From positions 1 through 46,642 of the forward strand of contig DATMIP010000158.1 of assembly GCA_035554515.1 (NCBI GenBank): a stretch of 46,642 nt of DNA, written 5' to 3'. Position numbers and translations under genes: made by a program. Shown in pieces: positions 18,706-28,353 of the stretch; within the stretch, counting starts at the first letter, position 1, and each line of letters begins with the position of its first letter. The notes beneath the pieces are model-generated. The model was not told the DNA's origin, made no database searches, and was given only the letters and a program-made list of their open reading frames with translations. Source of the stretch: Sphingomonas sp. (GTDB lineage: Bacteria; Pseudomonadota; Alphaproteobacteria; Sphingomonadales; Sphingomonadaceae).

Positions 18706-20202
18706 ATGATCCGTAATGTTCTGCTCGGCAGCGCCTCGCTGCTCGCCTTCGCCGCGCCGCTGGCTGGGCAAACGCCTACCGATGCGAGCGGCGCCGCGGC
18801 GCAGGGTTCGGGGCTCGACACGCTGGTTCCAGCGGGGGACGCTGCCGCTGCGCCAAACGCCGCACCGGCGAAGACGGGAGACGCGGTGCTCGATCGGCTC
18901 AACGAACTTGAGGCCAAGGTCAATGCGCTCGAACTGCGCAATCGCCAGCTCGAGGCCGAAGCGGCCGAAACCGTTACCCGTGTCCAGAAGGTCGAGGTGC
19001 GCGCCGCGAAGGGCGTCCAGCCGGGCGTGGCACCAACCTTCGGCGATGTCACCGATAGCTTCACCTTCCACCCCCGTGGAACCTTCCAGATCGATCATGC
19101 CGGCTATCACGAGCGCGCCGGCGGTTACGATTTCAACAGCGGTACCGATATCCGGCGGGGTCGCTTCGGCTTCGACGGAACCGCATGGAAGGTCTGGAAA
19201 TACCGGATCGAAGCCGAGTTTGTGAAGAACAATGTCAACCTGCTCGACGCTTATCTCCAATATGTCGGTTTCAAGAATATTGTGCTGACGGTCGGCCAGC
19301 ACAAGGCGCCCTATGGCCTTGAGGCGAACACCACCGATGCGCTCAACACCTTCCTCGAGCGCGGCATGTTCACCAATGCGTTCGGAGCCGTTGGCGCCGA
19401 GCGGCGGGTGGGGGCCAGTTTCGCGTACCAGACGCCGACGATCACCGCGACGATCGGACTGTTCGGTTCGGGCGAAGGCGTGCAACGCAATGCCGCCACG
19501 CCGGACGAAGCCTATGGCGTCAACGGACGCGTGACATTCGAGCCGATCCAGGATGTGGGCCGGCTCGTCCATCTCGGCGCCTCGGGCTATCATGTCAGTA
19601 ATCTTGGCGGCAACAGCGTCACGCTCAGCGACCGGCCGGGCACGCGCGTCGACAATGGCGTGATCGAATCGGTCGTGCTGGGGCCCGTGACGACCGGAAC
19701 GGCGACGACGCGTGGCGCTCGCGATGCTACCTATTGGGGAGCGGAAGCCGCGTTCGTTTATGGCCCCTTCTCGCTGCAGGGCGAATATGGGCACCTCAAT
19801 GTCGACCGCTACGACGCGGTCGCATCGGGCAATTTTGACGGTTTCTATGCCTTCGGCACTTTCTTCCTCACCGGCGAAAGCCGCGTGTTCAAAGGCGGCG
19901 TCGTTGATCGGGTCAAGCCTTTCAAGGACTTCAATCCCGCAAGCGGCGATTGGGGCGCGTTTGAGCTGGGCGTACGCTATGATCGGCTCGATCTGACCGA
20001 TCGCGCAATCTCGCCGCTGTCACACCTGGCGACGTCGTGGACGGGCGGACTCAACTGGTATCTGAACCCGAACACGCGGTTCATCTTCAATTATATCCGC
20101 TTCAAGGGCACAAATTCGCCGCTGGTCGCGGCGCCGGTTGCCATTAACGGCACGACCGCTAAGGGCGATGCCTACGCGACAAGGTTGCAATTCGACTTCT
20201 GA
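18706..20202 (+). CDS. OprO/OprP-family anion-selective porin
   Basis: Signal peptide, N-terminal coiled coil, GTDIRRGRFG, GQHKAPYGLE, FLER, FFLTGESR, GLNWYLN and terminal RLQFDF. Confidence 0.85.
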   Translation: MIRNVLLGSASLLAFAAPLAGQTPTDASGAAAQGSGLDTLVPAGDAAAAPNAAPAKTGDAVLDRLNELEAKVNALELRNRQLEAEAAETVTRVQKVEVRAAKGVQPGVAPTFGDVTDSFTFHPRGTFQIDHAGYHERAGGYDFNSGTDIRRGRFGFDGTAWKVWKYRIEAEFVKNNVNLLDAYLQYVGFKNIVLTVGQHKAPYGLEANTTDALNTFLERGMFTNAFGAVGAERRVGASFAYQTPTITATIGLFGSGEGVQRNAATPDEAYGVNGRVTFEPIQDVGRLVHLGASGYHVSNLGGNSVTLSDRPGTRVDNGVIESVVLGPVTTGTATTRGARDATYWGAEAAFVYGPFSLQGEYGHLNVDRYDAVASGNFDGFYAFGTFFLTGESRVFKGGVVDRVKPFKDFNPASGDWGAFELGVRYDRLDLTDRAISPLSHLATSWTGGLNWYLNPNTRFIFNYIRFKGTNSPLVAAPVAINGTTAKGDAYATRLQFDF

Positions 20203-21062
20203 TGGCGACAGCATCATTGCCACTGCCGCGAAAAGGCCGGGGAAGGCGTAGATCGCCTCTCCCCGGCCTTCCGCTTACGCTCGGTATCACCATCAGCTGG
20301 CTGACGATCCTGCTGCTGCTGCCGCTGGTCGCGCTCTTCCTCAAGTCGGCAACATTGGGCCCCGCGCACTTCGTCGCGGCAGCCTTTTCGCGCCGCGCAA
20401 TGGCATCCTATCAGCTGAGCTTCGGCGCTGCGCTGGCCGCCGCGGCGATCAATGCGGTCTTCGGCCTGCTGGTGGCGTGGGTTCTCGTTCGCTACCGCTT
20501 CCCGGGACGACGCCTTTTCGGCGCGCTGGTCGATCTGCCTTTTGCTTTGCCGACGGCGGTGGCGGGCATCGCGCTCACGGCGGTCTATGCCAATACCGGC
20601 TGGGTGGGGAAACCCGCCTCGGGGATCGGCCTGGCGCTCGCCTACAATCCGATCGGGGTCGTGATCGCGCTCACCTTCATCGGCCTGCCGTTCGTGGTCC
20701 GCACGGTCGAACCGGTGCTGGCGGATCTGGGCAAGGGAATCGAGGAAGCCGCGGCGACCCTCGGCGCCAATCGTTGGACCATCTTCCGAAGGGTGATCCT
20801 CCCGGAAATCCTGCCGGCGCTGATCACCGGCTTCGCGCTCGCATTCGCGCGTGGCGTTGGCGAATATGGCTCGGTCATCTTCATTGCGGGCAATATGCCG
20901 TTCAAGTCGGAGATCGCGCCGCTGCTGATCGTCACCAAGCTCGAAGAATATGATTATGCGGGCGCCACCGCGATCGCGACGATATTGTTGCTTTCGAGCC
21001 TGGCGCTGCTGCTCCTAATCAACATGTATCAGGGACGCGAGTTGCGGCGGCGGTCGGCATGA
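20202..21062 (+). CDS. cysT: Sulfate ABC transporter permease CysT
   Basis: [35 protein letters not shown] (EAA loop), [12 protein letters not shown]. Confidence 0.95.
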   Translation: MATASLPLPRKGRGRRRSPLPGLPLTLGITISWLTILLLLPLVALFLKSATLGPAHFVAAAFSRRAMASYQLSFGAALAAAAINAVFGLLVAWVLVRYRFPGRRLFGALVDLPFALPTAVAGIALTAVYANTGWVGKPASGIGLALAYNPIGVVIALTFIGLPFVVRTVEPVLADLGKGIEEAAATLGANRWTIFRRVILPEILPALITGFALAFARGVGEYGSVIFIAGNMPFKSEIAPLLIVTKLEEYDYAGATAIATILLLSSLALLLLINMYQGRELRRRSA

Positions 21063-21904
21063 GCGCCAAGCTGCGCGCGACGACCGAGGGGGTGGTCACC
21101 CGCACCCTGCTGATCCTGGCGGCCGCGACCTATGTCGGGCTGATCCTGCTGCTGCCGCTGGCTTCCGTGTTCATTGAAGCGTTCCGGCACGGGATTGCCG
21201 CGTTCAGGGAAGCGGTCCTCGATCCTGATGCTCTTGCCGCGATCAGGCTGACGCTTACCGTGGCCGCGATCGCGGTGCCGATCAACATGGTGTGCGGGGT
21301 CGCCGCGGCCTGGGCGGTCACCAAATGCGATTTTCGCGGCAAGAACTTCCTGATGAGCCTGATCGACGTACCATTCTCGATCTCGCCGGTGGTCGCCGGG
21401 CTGATGTATCTGCTGCTGTTCGGTGCGCAGGGCTGGTTCGGCGATTGGCTTGCCACGCATGACATTCGCGTCGCCTTCGCGGTCCCGGGAATCGTGCTGG
21501 CAACGCTGATCGTCACCCTGCCGTTCGTTGCCCGCGAGCTGATCCCGCTGATGCAGGCGCAGGGCCGCGAAGAAGAGGAAGCAGCGCTTACGCTCGGCGC
21601 GCCGGGCTGGCGGATTTTCCTGTGGGTGACCCTGCCCAATATCCGGTGGGCGCTGCTTTATGGCGTATTGCTGACCAACGCGCGCGCGATGGGCGAATTC
21701 GGTGCGGTATCGGTCATATCCGGCCATATCCGGGGCGAAACCAACACAATGCCGTTGCAGGTCGAAGTCTTGTACAATGAGTATAATTTCGTCGCGGCTT
21801 TCGCGGTCGCCTCGCTGCTGGCGGGGCTTGCGCTGGTAACGCTCGCGCTCAAGACTTTCCTCGAATGGCGCCACAGCGACCAGCTTGCCGCCTCTGGACA
21901 TTGA
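21059..21904 (+). CDS. cysW: Sulfate ABC transporter permease CysW
   Basis: [55 protein letters not shown]; ATGA overlap with cysT. Confidence 0.95.
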   Translation: MSAKLRATTEGVVTRTLLILAAATYVGLILLLPLASVFIEAFRHGIAAFREAVLDPDALAAIRLTLTVAAIAVPINMVCGVAAAWAVTKCDFRGKNFLMSLIDVPFSISPVVAGLMYLLLFGAQGWFGDWLATHDIRVAFAVPGIVLATLIVTLPFVARELIPLMQAQGREEEEAALTLGAPGWRIFLWVTLPNIRWALLYGVLLTNARAMGEFGAVSVISGHIRGETNTMPLQVEVLYNEYNFVAAFAVASLLAGLALVTLALKTFLEWRHSDQLAASGH

Positions 21905-22621
21905 ATGACCATCACCGTCAGCAATATCGTCAAGGGCTTCGGTAAATATCCGGCCCTCAAGAACGTCTCGCTCGATATCGAGGATGGGGCTTTTGTTGCG
22001 CTGCTCGGGCCGTCAGGCTCGGGCAAGACAACCCTGCTGCGCATCATCGCCGGGCTCGAGACCGCCGAAAGCGGGCACGTCCTGTTTGGCGGCGAGGACG
22101 TGACCGATCGCGCGCCGCAGGATCGCGGTATCGGCTTTGTCTTCCAGAATTACGCGCTTTTCCGGCACATGACGGTCGCGAACAACATCGCCTTCGGGCT
22201 GGAGGTGATGAAGCGTCGCCAGCGCCCCGCTAAGCCCGCGATCAAGGCCCGCGTCGAGGAACTGCTCGAACTGGTCCAGCTCCCTGGCTATGGCGGCCGC
22301 TATCCCGCGCAACTGTCGGGGGGGCAGCGTCAACGCGTTGCGCTCGCCCGGGCGCTGGCGCGCGAGCCGCGCATCCTTTTGCTCGACGAGCCTTTTGGCG
22401 CGCTGGACGCAAAGGTGCGCCGGGAATTGCGTGAGGCGCTGCGTGAAATCCACGATCGCGTCGGCCTGACATCGATCTTCGTTACGCATGATTATGAAGA
22501 GGCGTTCGCGCTTGCGGACAAGGTCGCGATCCTTGGATCGGGCCAGATTGAGCAATATGACGCACCTGACATCATCCGCACCCGGCCGGCATCGGATTAT
22601 GTCCGCGAATTTCTGAGCTAG
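21905..22621 (+). CDS. cysA: Sulfate ABC transporter ATPase CysA, short form (238 aa)
   Basis: [52 protein letters not shown]. Confidence 0.92.
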   Translation: MTITVSNIVKGFGKYPALKNVSLDIEDGAFVALLGPSGSGKTTLLRIIAGLETAESGHVLFGGEDVTDRAPQDRGIGFVFQNYALFRHMTVANNIAFGLEVMKRRQRPAKPAIKARVEELLELVQLPGYGGRYPAQLSGGQRQRVALARALAREPRILLLDEPFGALDAKVRRELREALREIHDRVGLTSIFVTHDYEEAFALADKVAILGSGQIEQYDAPDIIRTRPASDYVREFLS

Positions 22622-22653
22622 CGGTGAAGGCCGGACGGATGGGTAGCCTCTTC

Positions 22654-22681
22654 CCGTCATCGCGAAGCGCGTAGCGAAGCC
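22654..22681 (+). repeat. Degenerate REP-like alphaproteobacterial intergenic element
   Basis: CCGTCATCGCGAAGCGCGTAGCGAAGC resembles the CCGTCATTGCGAGCG.AGCGAAGC type of repeat; only one copy seen in this window. Confidence 0.3.
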
Positions 22682-22778
22682 TCGATTCCGACCACCAGCT
22701 CGGGACTCGATTTGGGCCGGCATTGATTGCATCTCCCGTGCGCGATACATCTCGTGTCCAAAATCCGGGGGGATCAGA

Positions 22779-23627
22779 ATGGCCAGTACGGCAATCGTTT
22801 CGAATCCGGAGACCGGCGGAGACGAGCGCTTCTTCCTGCGCGCATCGATCGCCATGACATTGGTGATAGTGGCGGGCTTTTCGCTCCAGCTCGGCATGGG
22901 CCGCTCAACATTTTCATCGCCGCCTTTGGTCCATGCGCATGCCATCGTCTTCATGGGCTGGGTGACGATCTTTCTGCTGCAGAACATTTTCGCGGCCGGC
23001 GGCAGCATGGCGCTTCACCGCCGCCTCGGCTGGATCGGCGCGGGCTGGATCGTTGCGATGCTTGTGCTGGGATGCATGGTGACGGTCGCGTTGGTGCGGC
23101 GCGGCCAGGTGCCGTTCTTCTTCCGGCCGCGGCATTTCCTGATCTTCGATCCTGCGGCGCTGTTCACCTTCGCGGGGCTTACGATTGCCGCCATTCGATT
23201 GCGGCGCAGAACGGATTGGCACCGGCGACTGCATTATTGCGCCATGGCGCAGTTGCTGGGGCCCGGTATAGGGCGACTGCTGCCGATGCCGTTGCTTGTT
23301 CCGTGGGCTTATGAGGCGACTTTCGTCGGCTCGATGGTCTTTCCGCTGGTTGGCGTGCTGCACGACGTGCGACGCGGATGTCCCGTGCATCCCGCCTGGC
23401 GCTGGGGCATTGCGACGATGGTCGTGAGCCTCCTGATGGTGGAGGCGATTACCTATAGCGCGGTGGGGGACGCGATCTATCGGACCGTAGCCGCTGGCTC
23501 GCCTGGATCCGCGATACCCTCACGCGAATTCCCGTCCCCGCCGCCGGGCCCCTTGGTGATGGGGGCGCCACGCGCCCTCCTGATTGCGGCGGCGCAATTC
23601 GCCCCTTCCGGCTCCCAGGGCCGATAA
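22779..23627 (+). CDS. Conserved hypothetical polytopic membrane protein (6-7 TM, His-containing)
   Basis: Hydrophobic segments with VHAHA..F..W, LHRRLGW and WHRRL motifs, suggestive of a heme- or metal-binding membrane protein. Confidence 0.65.
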   Translation: MASTAIVSNPETGGDERFFLRASIAMTLVIVAGFSLQLGMGRSTFSSPPLVHAHAIVFMGWVTIFLLQNIFAAGGSMALHRRLGWIGAGWIVAMLVLGCMVTVALVRRGQVPFFFRPRHFLIFDPAALFTFAGLTIAAIRLRRRTDWHRRLHYCAMAQLLGPGIGRLLPMPLLVPWAYEATFVGSMVFPLVGVLHDVRRGCPVHPAWRWGIATMVVSLLMVEAITYSAVGDAIYRTVAAGSPGSAIPSREFPSPPPGPLVMGAPRALLIAAAQFAPSGSQGR

Positions 23628-23635
23628 GGCCATTG

Positions 23636-23647
23636 TGCATTGCAGCA
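23636..23647 (+). promoter_or_regulatory. Candidate PhaR box
   Basis: TGCATTGCAGCA matches the TGCRNYGCASMA-type PhaR motif of rhizobia; 55 nt upstream of a PHB-depolymerase-family gene. Confidence 0.55.
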
Positions 23648-23702
23648 CGAAGGGCCAGATGGGAGTATGCGTGGCTGCGCGTTCGGCGGCCGGGAGTGCG
23701 TG

Positions 23703-24860
23703 ATGCGAAGCCTGTCCGATACACTGAAGCGCCTGTCCGCGCTCGCTGCCGAGCGGGCCGCCGCCCCGAAACCGGTTGCGGCCGGCCGGTTGAAGTCGCT
23801 TGCCGCGTTCGGAGCCAATCCAGGCGCGCTGGCAGCGAAAACATATATTCCGGACGATCTTGCGCGGGGTGCGCCGCTGGTGGTCGTCCTTCACGGCTGC
23901 ACCCAGAATGCCGAGGGCTATGATCGCGGTTCGGGCTGGTCGCAGCTCGCGGATCGCTACGGCTTTGCGCTGCTTTTCCCCGAACAGAAGCGCGCCAATA
24001 ATCCCAATCTGTGCTTCAACTGGTTCCTGCCGGGCGATAGTCGTCGTGACCGGGGTGAGGCGCTTTCGATCAGGCAGATGATCGCGACCGTCGTCAACGA
24101 GCACGGGCTTGATCCGAGCCGGATATATGTCACCGGCCTCTCAGCGGGCGGTGCGATGGCATCGGTCTTGCTCGCTTCCTATCCCGAACTGTTCGCCGGT
24201 GGCGCTATAATTGCCGGCCTGCCTTATGGCACGGCATCGACCATACCCGAGGCATTCGATCGGATGCGCGGCCATAATCTGCCGGGGGAGGTCGAGCTTT
24301 CCCGCCTCGTCCGCGCGGCGTCCAGCCACGGCGGACCGTGGCCAACCATATCGATCTGGCACGGCAGCGCCGATGCGACGGTCGATCCGGCAAACGCTGC
24401 CGCGATCGCCAGCCAATGGCGCGCGGTCCACGGTGTCGCGACACAGCCAAGCCGCGTCGAAACCGTCGATACCTATCCCCGCCGCGTGTGGAGCGACGCG
24501 GCCGGGCGCGACGTCATCGAGGAATATAGTATTACCGGCATGGGCCACGGCACCCCGCTTGGCACGGACGGCGAGCAGGGATGCGGCGAGGCCGGCGCTT
24601 ATATGCTCGAAGCGCAAATCTCCTCGACCCATCACATTGCGCGCTTCTGGGGGCTCGACGGAAAAACGAAGGGCAGGGCAGCCATGGCATCCGCCCCGGC
24701 GGAGCCGCTGGCCGCGAACGGCCGCCGTTCGGCCGCAAGGCTACCGACGCTCGAAGGCCGGCGCGCCCAGCCTATCGGCCGCACGCCGGGTGCGACGCCC
24801 GTCAACCAGATCGGCAAGGTGATTGAAGACGCCCTGCGCGCGGCTGGCCTGATGCGATAA
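23703..24860 (+). CDS. PHB depolymerase-family alpha/beta esterase (LpqC-like), no signal peptide
   Basis: NPGAL, LVVVLHGCTQ, PEQ...NN.N.CFNWF, GLSAGGAM (lipase box), WHG..D.TV, GMGHG; ATG at 23703. Confidence 0.85.
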   Translation: MRSLSDTLKRLSALAAERAAAPKPVAAGRLKSLAAFGANPGALAAKTYIPDDLARGAPLVVVLHGCTQNAEGYDRGSGWSQLADRYGFALLFPEQKRANNPNLCFNWFLPGDSRRDRGEALSIRQMIATVVNEHGLDPSRIYVTGLSAGGAMASVLLASYPELFAGGAIIAGLPYGTASTIPEAFDRMRGHNLPGEVELSRLVRAASSHGGPWPTISIWHGSADATVDPANAAAIASQWRAVHGVATQPSRVETVDTYPRRVWSDAAGRDVIEEYSITGMGHGTPLGTDGEQGCGEAGAYMLEAQISSTHHIARFWGLDGKTKGRAAMASAPAEPLAANGRRSAARLPTLEGRRAQPIGRTPGATPVNQIGKVIEDALRAAGLMR

Positions 24861-24900
24861 GGGAGAAAGCGGCGGACGGGCGACTGCCCGCACAAGGCGG

Positions 24901-24925
24901 GCAACCACAAGGGTTTAGCAGCGTT
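24901..24925 (+). promoter_or_regulatory. Candidate EcfG promoter for the hemerythrin gene
   Basis: GCAAC-N16-CGTT, 37 nt upstream of ATG 24963. Confidence 0.5.
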
Positions 24926-24962
24926 TCATGCCGTGCCGTACTGGTACCTGCAGGAGACATTC

Positions 24963-25472
24963 ATGGCCGACCAACCCGATGCTATCGCCCTCCTGAAGGA
25001 GGATCACCGCAAGGTGGAGGATCTTTTCGAGAAATTTGAAACGGCTACTGCCGACGGGACGAAACGGAAGCTCGCGTTGCAGATATGCATGGAACTGACG
25101 GTTCATACCGTCATCGAGGAAGAGATTTTCTACCCCGCCTGCAAGGGTGCGGTCGAAGAAGATCTGATCGACGAAGCCTATGTCGAGCATGACGGCGCCA
25201 AGGTGCTGATCGCGGAAATCGAGGCCGGCGGGCCTGACGAGCATTATTATGATGCGAAGGTGAAGGTCTTGTCCGAAATGATCGAGCACCATGTCGGAGA
25301 AGAGGAAAAGCGCAGCGAAGGGATATTCGCGCAGGCGCGCAAGGCCGGGCTCGACATGGACGCGCTGGGCGCCAGCATGGCGGCGCGAAAGAAGGATCTG
25401 ATCGCAGCCTACAAGGCGAACGGTCTGCCGACGCCCGAAACTTCGACCTTCGAGGCAACGACGCTGGCGTAA
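24963..25472 (+). CDS. Hemerythrin (HHE) domain protein
   Basis: DAIALLKEDH, ELTVH..IEEEIFYP, EH and IEHHVGEEE; AGGAG RBS. Confidence 0.9.
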   Translation: MADQPDAIALLKEDHRKVEDLFEKFETATADGTKRKLALQICMELTVHTVIEEEIFYPACKGAVEEDLIDEAYVEHDGAKVLIAEIEAGGPDEHYYDAKVKVLSEMIEHHVGEEEKRSEGIFAQARKAGLDMDALGASMAARKKDLIAAYKANGLPTPETSTFEATTLA

Positions 25473-25605
25473 AGTCGGACTGCGTCGGCATCGCGTGCGG
25501 CGACGTCCCGCATGCCGCGCGCGGGGCATTGAAAAGCGGCCGGGAAATGCAACATATTATGCGCCCGGTCGCCCGCTCCCCCCGCGGCCGGCCATGAGGA
25601 TCGCG

Positions 25606-26016
25606 ATGTACCGTTCATTCACCCCCTTGATGGCCGCGATGCTCGCGGCAACCGGCCTGTCCGCGGCGCCCGCAGTTCGCGTCAACCAGGCGGGCGAGGC
25701 AAAACTCGCCAAGCTGCTGGAGGGCCGGATCGCCGGCAAGCCGACCAGCTGCGTGCAGAATTACGATCTGCGGTCGAGCCAGATCATTGACGGCACCGCG
25801 ATCGTCTATGAAGGCGCTGGCCGCACGCTCTACGTCAATCGCCCTGATATTGGGGCGGATTGGTTGCGAAGCGACGATATTCTGGTCACCAAGACCTCGA
25901 CCAGCCAATTGTGCAGCCTGGACACCGTCCGCCTGGTCTCACAAGGCTCGCACATCGAGCGTGGCTTCGTCGGGCTGGGCAAGTTCGTCCCCTATACCAA
26001 GCCGCGCCGGCGCTGA
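25606..26016 (+). CDS. Secreted hypothetical protein of a sphingomonad family
   Basis: Signal peptide; L...LEGR.AG.P.SC, LYVNR, QLC..D and G..LG.FVPY motifs with two Cys. Confidence 0.7.
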   Translation: MYRSFTPLMAAMLAATGLSAAPAVRVNQAGEAKLAKLLEGRIAGKPTSCVQNYDLRSSQIIDGTAIVYEGAGRTLYVNRPDIGADWLRSDDILVTKTSTSQLCSLDTVRLVSQGSHIERGFVGLGKFVPYTKPRRR

Positions 26017-26299
26017 TTGCGGTCTTCGCCCGCTACGTGGCGAGCGCGGCGGGCGTGATCCCGGAAGGCCGAATGCGCCGCGATCGGCCAACGGCGCGAT
26101 GCGCTGCATGGAAGATAAAGGGACATAATACTTAATTCAGGGCAGCAGTTAGCCGGGCCACGGCGCTCGTCACCGACGTGCACAAGGAGGCGACCTGGCG
26201 GTTTTCGTGGGATAAAGGCGGCGCCCTCACGATCGATCGGGCGGGTTGATCCGGCCACCGGCGGCCGGGATCCATAAGCCTATGCTTTCAAGCGATATT

Positions 26300-27853
26300 C
26301 TAGACCGCCATCAGCGGTTCGGCCCGCGCGTTGATCTGTTCGATCAGCGCGCGGTGCGTCGGCAGATCGGCGGTCGCGCGCTCGCCGAAATTGCGGATTT
26401 TCTGAAACAGTTTCTCGGCCGCACGCACGTTCGGGAAATCGGCGCGGCCGGCCGACAGATCGGTCCGGAATTCCATCCCGTAGAGGATATATTGATAGTT
26501 GAAGAAAGCGAAGCTTTCGAGATCGAGGATGAAATCATAGCGGTTGGGCGGGCGGTAGCGCCATTGCTCGAGCAGTTCCTTGAGCCGATCCGGGATGGAG
26601 GCCGGGTCGACATTGTCGCGCCAGAAAGGCTCGTCGCGTCGGCTCAGGCAATAATGGAGTTTGAGGAAGGTGATGATATTGTCGAAGCGCGCCGTCATGA
26701 GTTCGTTGAAGCGCTTGGCGGGCGCGTCGATCGGCCCATTGTGCGGAAAGAGCTCGGCGATCAGGCTCACCGCTGCCTCGATCAATACCACACCTGTCGA
26801 TTCCAGCGGCTCGAGAAAGCCCGCCGACAGCCCGACCGCGACGCAATTCCCGATCCATTGCTGTTCGCGATAGCCGGGCTCGAAACAAATGAGCCGCGGT
26901 GAAAGCTCGTCGCTGCGCGCGCCGACATAAGCGCGCAGCACATCGGCCGCGACCGCGTCATCCATATGCGCGCTTGAATAGACGGTGCCGATTCCGCGTG
27001 CGCCGGCCAGGCCGATATCCCAGGTCCACCCGGCCGGATGCGCAGCGGCAATGGTGACGCTTTCCAGCGGCGCGTCGGCGCGTTCGTAGGGCAGCTTGCA
27101 GGCTAATGCGCGATCGGTGAACAAATATTGCTTGGCCGATTTGAACGGCGATCCCAGCGCGGCGCCAATCAATTCCGCGCGGAATCCGGAACAATCAATG
27201 AACAAATCCGCCTGGATGCTGCCCTGAGCGGGGGTGATGACCCGGTCGATCGTCCCGTCGTTCCGCAGCATCACGTCCACCACCCGATCGGTGATGTGGG
27301 TCACGCCAAGCCCGGTCGCGCACTCCGCCAGCACCTGACCGAGCAGCCCCGCGTCGAAATGATAGGCGTAGCTCAGGGGGCCTGTATATTCGCCCTCGCC
27401 AGGCCGCTTGGGCCCGCGCTGCGCTTCGGCCACGCGATTCTGGATCGTGACCGCTTCGGCGAAGGGCGGACGCGTCTTTTCATCCTGGAGCAGCCAATAG
27501 GGCACCAGGCTCGCCTCCCCGGTGTAGAAAGGCGCTTCGAACGGGTGAAGGAAATGACTATGCTCGCCATCCCTGGGCGTGTGCAACCAATCGTCGAAAC
27601 GAATACCCTGCTTGAAGGTGGCGCTTGTCCCCCGGATGAAGCGTGTCTCGTCAATTCCGAGAAATTGCAGCGTCGTGCGCATCGTGGGGAACGCCCCTTC
27701 GCCCACGCCGATCGTGCCGATATCGGGCGATTCCAGTAATGCTATCTCGAGATAAGGATGATTGGGGAGATCGAGGAACCTGGCGAGATAGGCGGCCGTC
27801 AGCCAGCCGGCAGTCCCGCCGCCGACGATCAGGATAGCACGCTTTCGATCCAT
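26300..27853 (-). CDS. Flavin-dependent tryptophan-halogenase-family protein
   Basis: IVGGGTAGW (FAD), IGVGEG, ATFKQGIRF (catalytic Lys), YAYHFDA, FIDCSGF, GWTWDIGL (WxWxI), GFLEPLESTG; ATG at 27853. Confidence 0.92.
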   Translation of the reverse strand: MDRKRAILIVGGGTAGWLTAAYLARFLDLPNHPYLEIALLESPDIGTIGVGEGAFPTMRTTLQFLGIDETRFIRGTSATFKQGIRFDDWLHTPRDGEHSHFLHPFEAPFYTGEASLVPYWLLQDEKTRPPFAEAVTIQNRVAEAQRGPKRPGEGEYTGPLSYAYHFDAGLLGQVLAECATGLGVTHITDRVVDVMLRNDGTIDRVITPAQGSIQADLFIDCSGFRAELIGAALGSPFKSAKQYLFTDRALACKLPYERADAPLESVTIAAAHPAGWTWDIGLAGARGIGTVYSSAHMDDAVAADVLRAYVGARSDELSPRLICFEPGYREQQWIGNCVAVGLSAGFLEPLESTGVVLIEAAVSLIAELFPHNGPIDAPAKRFNELMTARFDNIITFLKLHYCLSRRDEPFWRDNVDPASIPDRLKELLEQWRYRPPNRYDFILDLESFAFFNYQYILYGMEFRTDLSAGRADFPNVRAAEKLFQKIRNFGERATADLPTHRALIEQINARAEPLMAV

Positions 27854-27858
27854 CTCGT

Positions 27859-28353
27859 TCACGCCCTCACGAACAGATTCTTGAGCCACAACGGGCCGGT
27901 CCGCCCGGCCTGCCGCCAGTCGGTATCCTCGTCCTCCGCAGCCGTGTATCCCCAGGGATTGAAGAGCTTCACGCGTCCCGCCTTGAACGCCGCGGTCTGG
28001 CGTGTGACCAGGGTGAGCCGGTTCTCGATCGCCGTGGCCGCGAGCAGGCCGTCGCGTGTATCGGCGTAGGGCAGCTGCGCGCGACGCCGCGCTATCGCAG
28101 CGTCGACCGGCAGGATGCGGCCGTCGAAGGCGATCAGGACCCTGTCGTCGATCCATTCCTTCAAGGCGGCGCCGGCCGCCTTGTCGCGCCCCGCGATCCG
28201 CGCGGCGCCACTTTCCAGTTCAAGCAACGTGAGCACGGACACGAACAGGTTCTGCCGCGAAACGCCGGCGGCCCATTTGGCAAGCCCGGCGTCCGTGCGT
28301 CCGCTTTTCGCGTTGCGAAGTTCGAGCACGACATCGGTATCGAGCAGGAACAT
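27859..28353 (-). CDS. vapC: VapC-like PIN-domain toxin with C-terminal extension
   Basis: MFLLDTDVVLELR, ELESG, DGLLAATA, LTLVTR, FNPW; start overlaps the antitoxin stop (TGATG). Confidence 0.85.
   Translation of the reverse strand: MFLLDTDVVLELRNAKSGRTDAGLAKWAAGVSRQNLFVSVLTLLELESGAARIAGRDKAAGAALKEWIDDRVLIAFDGRILPVDAAIARRRAQLPYADTRDGLLAATAIENRLTLVTRQTAAFKAGRVKLFNPWGYTAAEDEDTDWRQAGRTGPLWLKNLFVRA

Noticed and set aside
26017-26299. Small ORFs or sRNA between the convergent hypothetical gene and the halogenase
   Set aside because: No credible RBS-start pairing or motif; only a short GC hairpin at about 26251-26268.
27854-28156. Possible VapC-halogenase fusion or longer halogenase
   Set aside because: The extension is in a different frame from vapC, vapC has its own stop at 27859, and the FAD motif starts right after ATG 27853.
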